Source of the DNA: Rebecca billardiae RCC1528
Lineage: Eukaryota > Protista > Haptophyta
Reading direction: 5' to 3'
Length of the DNA stretch: 64,000 nt
NCBI GenBank assembly: GCA_965240325.2
Contig: OZ251222.1
Span: forward strand, 3,100,001-3,164,000
A model generated the notes under the pieces. The model did not search any database and had not been told where the DNA came from. It saw nothing but the letters and a program-made list of their open reading frames with translations. Positions 58,038 to 64,000 of this stretch are shown one piece after another (position 1 is the first letter of the stretch; each line of letters opens with the position of its first letter). Made by a program: the position numbers and the translations under genes.

Positions 58038-59004
58038 ATGCCGCGCTCCGAGCCTGGTGCGGAGGTGACCTTCTCGCTGCACGTGCGGAACATTCCTTAC
58101 GACATATCGTGCGTGCGCTGCCTCCTGGCGTTCACCTCCATGCGCTCCCATGGTTCACCCGCAGCCAAGAGGTCGAAGAGGCGGTCTTGGCTGAACGCTC
58201 CCATGACCCAATCCTGCGCGCCCGCCCTCCCCACACTGCGCAGCCAAGACCGCCTCTTCGACCTCTTCGGGGAGCACGGAAAGGTGACTGACGTGTACAT
58301 ACCGAAAGACTACCACACGGGCCGTATCCGCGGGTTCGCGTACGTCCAGTTTGAGAGCAAGGAGGGCGCAGAGCTGGCGCGCTCGAAGTGTGATGGCATG
58401 AGTGTTGATGGCCGCGCGCTCGGCGTGGAGTGGGCCCTCGGCACGCGCAAAGCCAGCAGCGAGATGGCCGCACGGGATGGCGACACTGGAAGGTAGCAGC
58501 GCGTTCCGATATCTGCGCACACCCCTGGCACCACCCGCGACGCCTGCCCATCGCACTCACGCGGCATGCGACCGCTCTCGTGTCCGCCGCTGCGCGCGCA
58601 GGGGCGGTGGCTACCGGCCGAGTGGCGACCGCCGAGGCTACGACCGGGGCAACCACGAGTCCAGCAGCTACGATCGGCGTTACGATCGGCGCGAAAGGGG
58701 GGGCGAGCGGGACTACTGTGACCGGCGAGACCGGGACTACGACGATCGGCGGGACTACTCCAGGCGGCGTGAGTATGACAGGCGCGGCGACGACCGGCGA
58801 GACTATGATGAGGACAGGCCTCGGCGCGACTACGACCGGCGCGACTACGACCGCTACAGCGACGATCGGCGCGACTATGATCGGCGTGACTATGATCGAC
58901 GCGACTACGACCGACGAGACTCCCGCGAAGATTCGCGCCCCCGCGAGCGTGCTCCCAGCGACGACGAGGACGGCACTCGCGACCGCCGCCGCCAGCACGA
59001 CTGA
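58038..59004 (+). CDS. SC35-like (SCL) SR-family RRM splicing factor with RD/RDY-rich tail (240 aa)
   Basis: Exons 58038-58108, 58244-58492, 58602-59004 (723 nt). RNP2 SLHVRNI, DVYIPKDYHTGRIRGFAYVQF (RNP1), then RKASSEM and DRRDY repeats. Confidence 0.92.
58161..58267 (+). promoter_or_regulatory. Intronic antisense copy of the 3' splice site plus duplicated upstream acceptor
   Basis: 58167-58193 is the exact reverse complement of 58241-58267. GCAGCCAAGA is present at both 58161 and 58240. Confidence 0.6.
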
Positions 59005-61345
59005 TCAGTGATCTTGGTTGGAATGCGGAGTCGGAGGGAGCACTTGCGTATCATCGTGCATTTGGTCCAGTTTGGTTTGCCGAGGACCAGCGACGGTCGC
59101 TGTGTTCGCGTGGCAATACGCTGCAGCGGTCTCAGTCTTCGAGTGCGGCGCGGCAGCCGTTTGAGTTTGGCCGGTGCCATCACCTACTTGTGAAGTCGGA
59201 CTTGACTCTTTGAGGGTGCCCAGCAGGTAGGTGCCAGGCCGCACCGCGGCCACCGGGCCGGAGCCGGAGACGGCGGGGTCCACGACCACGGCCCGCGGGC
59301 CGCGCGGACCGGGCCCAGGCGCCCGCGCCCGGGCCCGGGGCTCGGCGGGCCGCCGGCCGGGCACCGCGGCCGCTGCCGCGGCCGCCCCGCTCAGCCGCTG
59401 CGCTGAGCCGTGACCCCCGTGACCCCGTGACTCACTGACTGACAGTGACACGCCTTGCACGGCTCGGTGAGTCAGTCGTCCGTCCGTCCGTCCGAGCCTG
59501 CGCCGGTCTGGCACGGCAGTAGCATGATTATTCGATTGCAAACGTTTTTAATAAAATTATAGCTGCTTATTAATAATTATTATAGCTATATATATACTGA
59601 CTACCGCCGCTGCCCGAACGGTACTGGCTACTCTCGTGCTCGGCGCCGGCACGGTATTACGACGTCACGGTATAGGCCGTATAGGGCTGATAGAACTAGA
59701 AGCCTGACTGAGCCTGAGTCCTCACGGAGAATAATATATATATATAACCGCGGGTGATGAATGCCATACCCGTGGTTCATTCCGATACTCTAGTCGTCAA
59801 TCAACTGATTGAGTGATAGTGGTAACCGTCTCTCACTCTCTGAGCCGTCTCCGAGCTCGGAGCTGGCCGCGCATCATCAGCGAGTACTTAGTAACTTACT
59901 CTGTTAGACTTATATAGTCCTCTCTAGTCTGTTACACGGTATCTAGCAGTAGAGTCTTATACGCGTTATACTTAGATGACGAGAATAGAGACTAGAAAGT
60001 AGACTTTACTTGAGTTAGCAGTATTATCATCGACTATATCGTCGCCTGCCTGGAAGCCTGTGCTGTAAGCAAAGTGCGTCTAGCTGATTAAGTTCTCAAT
60101 CTGGTCGTTGACGACGAATAATCGGTGCTACGACGATAGTAATTTAAGTAAACTGCCTGCTAATAAGCCTGTTAACTGAGTTACTCAGAGTAGTCTGCCG
60201 CATCTTGGCAATCTGTCGGTGTCGTCGTACCGCGTACGTCATCTGCTTCTGCTGATCACGTCATTTACGACTCCGGCGTCATACGAATAGTAACAATTAT
60301 TATTACTAAACTTGGAAACTTAATTCGCGTGGCCCGCGGGCGCCGCCGGCAGGCGGACGCCTCACTGGTGACTACTAACTGGGCCGCTGCTGGGTCATAC
60401 AGGTACGGTAACAGGTGCCACTGCCAGGTCCGGTGACGCCACGGGTCGCGCGTGATCTGGATATCAGCAGTCATACAGGCAATCTAATCACTGTCAGACT
60501 CATCACTCATCAGCAGTAGGTAGGCGCCTGTACGGCCGGACCGAGTGAGTCGTGACTCCGTATTATTACAGTATAGAGTGAGACTGTGAGTAGCGGCAGC
60601 GCTGCTGCCATCGGACGGACGAATCATCATATATATATGTTAATTAATTAATTAATTAATGGCGTCGTCGTACGACGACTCGTCACTGCTAATAGTATAT
60701 ATAATAATGGCCCGCGGTGCAGGGCGGAGCGCGTAGCGTGGAGCCCCGCCGGGGGCCCTCACTACGTTGTCAAAAAGACTCTTTTGATCAAAGAAAAGGG
60801 GACGGGGGACGATTTTGACGAGGGCTTTGGAGGGTGAATTTTCGCTAATTTTCGAGGGGTACCGTACATTGCTGTCTATCCGCAAGGAGCGATTGACGAA
60901 ATAGGCGCGCCCGGACGTGAGTAATAAGAAAGATCGAAGGCCGTCACATTGTCAGTAAACGAATCTGCGCCATTGTGGTAATGCCCGGGGCCGGACTCCG
61001 CCCAGCACCAGACAACAGTGATCCACTCCGGACTAGGGGCGGTCCGGCGATCGCTCCCCGCGATGAGTCGATGACCAGTGGACCTCTCGACCCGCAGTCA
61101 AACGCCGGCGTGACGCGGCGCGGGCGCGCGCGCACTTGTTTGTCGCGCGCAAGACAGATCAGAAATCCTGATTCCTGGACGCGCACGCGAACCGGCTCGG
61201 CATGCGGAACGCGTTGATGCGCTTGGGGACGCACGCGACATCGGGCCGTTCTGAAACGACACCGGGCGAAACTCTACCGCGTGCCACGCGCGGACCGCAG
61301 GCCGCGTGACGACTGCGACACTGCGCGACGCGAACGAAGGAGCAG

Positions 61346-62780
61346 GTGCTGGCGCCGCAGATGGCGGTGCGGGCGTTCTGCTCGAGCTGCAACAACCCGC
61401 TGCTCTCGGGCCAGGTGCATCAGCGCATCCAGGACCGCCGCTGCCACGTGCTAACCAAGGTGGTGGGCATGAGACACGCGACCGTGTGCGAGCTGAAGGC
61501 GTGCCAAGATGATCGACACGGCGAAGCAGGTGGTGATCGAGGCGCTGAGCCTGATCATGGTGAGGCGCATCTTCTCGACCTGCCCGACGCGCAGACCACG
61601 CAGGCGTCGCTTCCGGGCGCGTGGGACTCGCGCACCAAGACGGTGTGGCGCGTGGACCCTGTCGCCAAGGCCGGTCAACTCCGCCTGGCCGCTGGAGGTG
61701 GTCGCTCGCCGCGCCTGGCCAAGCAGCAAGCTGGTGCACGAGGGGCCAGCTGATGGCGGCGGTGGTGCCACCGATGAAGCTGATCTTCGTGCAGCGCAAG
61801 GACGCGTCGGGCCCGTTCTCCCACGTGCTCAAGATCGTCTTCCGCGTCGCGACGATGAGCGTGGCGGCCCCTCACAACCTGCAGCTGCCGGCGTCGCTGC
61901 TCTGTGCGCGGCGCGCGCGCGCGCGTGCGCGCGCGACGGGCACGTGGCGCGCCGACCAGCCGTACGGCGCTGACTGTTGACGCACCTCGCGCATGCGCTA
62001 CCCCGGCCGCGCCGCCGCCGCCGCCGCGCAGGCATGCTCTCGTAGGAGGAGACGGCGGAGCTGCACGCACACATGGCCGCGCGCGGCTCTCGGTCGGACG
62101 GTCGGCGATCACGGGCGCGCTGCCGGCCCGGCGCGCCGCTGAACGACGAGTAGGCCGCGCTGGAGGAGTACGTCCGCCGCCGCGCTCCGCCTGCGCGAGC
62201 AGCGCTCCGCCGCGCCCGACCCGCTGGCCGAGCAGCTGCGCAGCGACCGCGCCATCGATCGCAGAGCAGCTGCAGGCGCGAGGAGATGGCGGCACGCGCG
62301 GGCGGCGCGCCCGTGACGCTGCACTCGGCCGAGGTCGACGAGGACGCGCAGATGGCGCTGGCGCTGCTGCTCGTGTGCGAAGCGTGCGACCAGGACACAC
62401 GCGCGCTGCGCAACGCTGAGCGCCGGATCCGTTTTCGGCGCCGTAAGGTACGCAAGGCGCTGGCAGCGGAGCGCACCGGGGCGGCGGCGCATGCGCGCAC
62501 GCGGCGCGCTCGCGGTCGATGCGCGGCAACTCCAACCGCCTCGGCAAGCGCAAGCAGCGGGACGAGGGCGGCGCCGCGGCGGCGGGTGCGATGAACAAAT
62601 CGGACGAGCGCGCCAAGTCCCGACGCATCGCCAACGCCGCCAAGCTGTTCGAGGACATGGACGGCGACGAGATCGCGGCCGCGGCGCACGCGGCGCCGGC
62701 AACTGCTGCTGGACTGCCAACTTGCCTCGCAGACTGCCACTGCCACTGGGCCTGGCCCATTATAAATCTTCATACGACAT
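61346..62780 (+). pseudogene. Fragmented hypothetical gene or relic
   Basis: Coding-like segments in shifting frames (FCSSCNNPLL, MKLIFVQRKD..., EVDEDAQMALALL, KSDERAKSRRIANAAKLFEDMD). No consistent splice model found. Confidence 0.3.
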
Positions 62781-63053
62781 TGAGCAGCCGAGCAGCCGAC
62801 GGAGGGTGCACCGCGGGCCCCTAACTGCGTTGGTTCTACGGAAGGACCGCGGAACGCGGTCATATTCGTCACGGACGCCAGCGCTGACGGTATTACTATA
62901 TTGCTGAGACATGTGTAATATCTGTTATTGTGTTACTGTCTTGAGCCCTAGCTCTGTGACTCAGATGTGAATAAGCGTCTGCTCTTAGTTAGGCCGGACT
63001 CGTCCAGGCGTCCGTCACGGTCTCCCCGAGGCACATCCATGATTGGATTTGGA

Positions 63054-64000
63054 TCATCCCTGACTCTGAGGCTTCGCGGCCGGGCCATCTGTGGCAGCAG
63101 GATCAGGGAGGTCGAGGATGCCTGCATCATCTGGCAGGGGAGTCGCCCAGCCCGAGCGCATCCCCTCGCACGCATACCACAGCTGGGTGACCAGCCGCGT
63201 GCCATTCAGGATGGGCAGTGCTGCGTGCATGTTCTCGACTCCCGACGAGAAGACGAGCAGGCGACCCCGCGACGGCTCAATGCGCAGGCCGCGCGAAACG
63301 AGCCTGTCCGCGCCCACCTCGTCCCCAATGCCGGTCTCACCGCCCTCGAGGCCGTCCTCTCCGTGAGTGCAGAGGTAGAGGATCGCGGTGTACACGAAGA
63401 GCATATCCGTGAGGAAGTCGCCGTGCAGGCCGACAGGCTTCCACGGTTGCGGGTGCGGCTGGTTGTGGTAGTATGGCGGGCTGTGCTTCGTGTTCGCCCG
63501 GATGATGTTAGTCCTGTAGAACTTGACTGACGGTGGGACATCGTGCTTCTCGATCAAGAGCTGCCTAACATCCTCGGCGAGCGCGTTCCACGCATGGTAC
63601 CCCAGTGGGATAGACCAAGTCCACATCTTGATCTCATACCCGTGCGGCGAGTTCTCGATCGAGGGTGCGTTTGCCTCAATCTCCGCGATTGCCCCTTCAG
63701 AGGCGAAATGGTCGTAGACGGCGCGAAAGCACGGCCCCTTGCTGTAGCACGAAAGGCCCTCGCGTCGTCGAAACTTGCCCTTGCGACTGACGTTCCCTGT
63801 GTAGTTCACCATTTTCACGTGCTCAGCCTTCTTGTCGATGCAGGGCACATCCTCGTGGAACGCCATGCGCATCGGTCCCCGCGGCTGACCCGCCAGCGAC
63901 GCGAGCTGCACCACGCCATCAGGATCGATCCGCTCGGGTGCTCCGTCGGGACCGACGGCGAAGGTCTCCGACGCCGCAGATTGCAGCGCAGGCAGGATGC
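63054..64000 (-). CDS. 2OG-Fe(II) dioxygenase (prolyl-hydroxylase/OGFOD3-like); 5' end off window
   Basis: LHGD (HxD), YTAILYL, GGET, PSRGRLLVFSSGVENMH, GTR..QLW. Confidence 0.85.
   Translation of the reverse strand, partial: ILPALQSAASETFAVGPDGAPERIDPDGVVQLASLAGQPRGPMRMAFHEDVPCIDKKAEHVKMVNYTGNVSRKGKFRRREGLSCYSKGPCFRAVYDHFASEGAIAEIEANAPSIENSPHGYEIKMWTWSIPLGYHAWNALAEDVRQLLIEKHDVPPSVKFYRTNIIRANTKHSPPYYHNQPHPQPWKPVGLHGDFLTDMLFVYTAILYLCTHGEDGLEGGETGIGDEVGADRLVSRGLRIEPSRGRLLVFSSGVENMHAALPILNGTRLVTQLWYACEGMRSGWATPLPDDAGILDLPDPAATDGPAAKPQSQG

Noticed and set aside
58660-58920. GACTAYGAYCGGCGC tandem units as a repeat array
   Set aside because: They encode the DRRDY low-complexity tail of the SR protein.

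Overview
GC-rich eukaryotic nuclear DNA with short GT-AG introns that often read GTGCGC...GCGCAG, plus several proteins with apparent signal+transit leaders. This suggests an alga with a secondary plastid, haptophyte-like (inference only). About 17 genes can be supported: a Kv channel with C-terminal EF-hands (runs off the left edge), pirin, a WD40-RING E3 ligase, a YABBY/HMG-box protein, a YacP/Rae1 NYN nuclease, a GNAT-CPBP fusion, NSUN2 head-to-head with SRRM1, a ~1790-aa beta-propeller/TRP channel, TRMO/TsaA, an EF-hand protein, a SMYD-like SET protein, uridine kinase, an SC35-like SR protein, a 2OG-Fe(II) oxygenase (runs off the right edge) and a few hypotheticals. The intergenic DNA holds non-autonomous TIR elements, a repeat sitting inside (TA)n tracts, long microsatellites and ORF-free 'scrambled' zones. 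Three signals stand out. (1) A perfect 27-bp antisense copy of the 3' splice site, plus a duplicated frameshifting acceptor, lies in intron 1 of the SR gene and is a candidate two-state RNA splicing switch. (2) Comparing repeat copies shows intergenic DNA decaying by dense duplication-plus-filler micro-insertions. (3) A 3.2-kb fold-back element with ~800-bp arms sits in the middle of a compact bidirectional promoter. All calls come from reading the sequence; no database searches were run.
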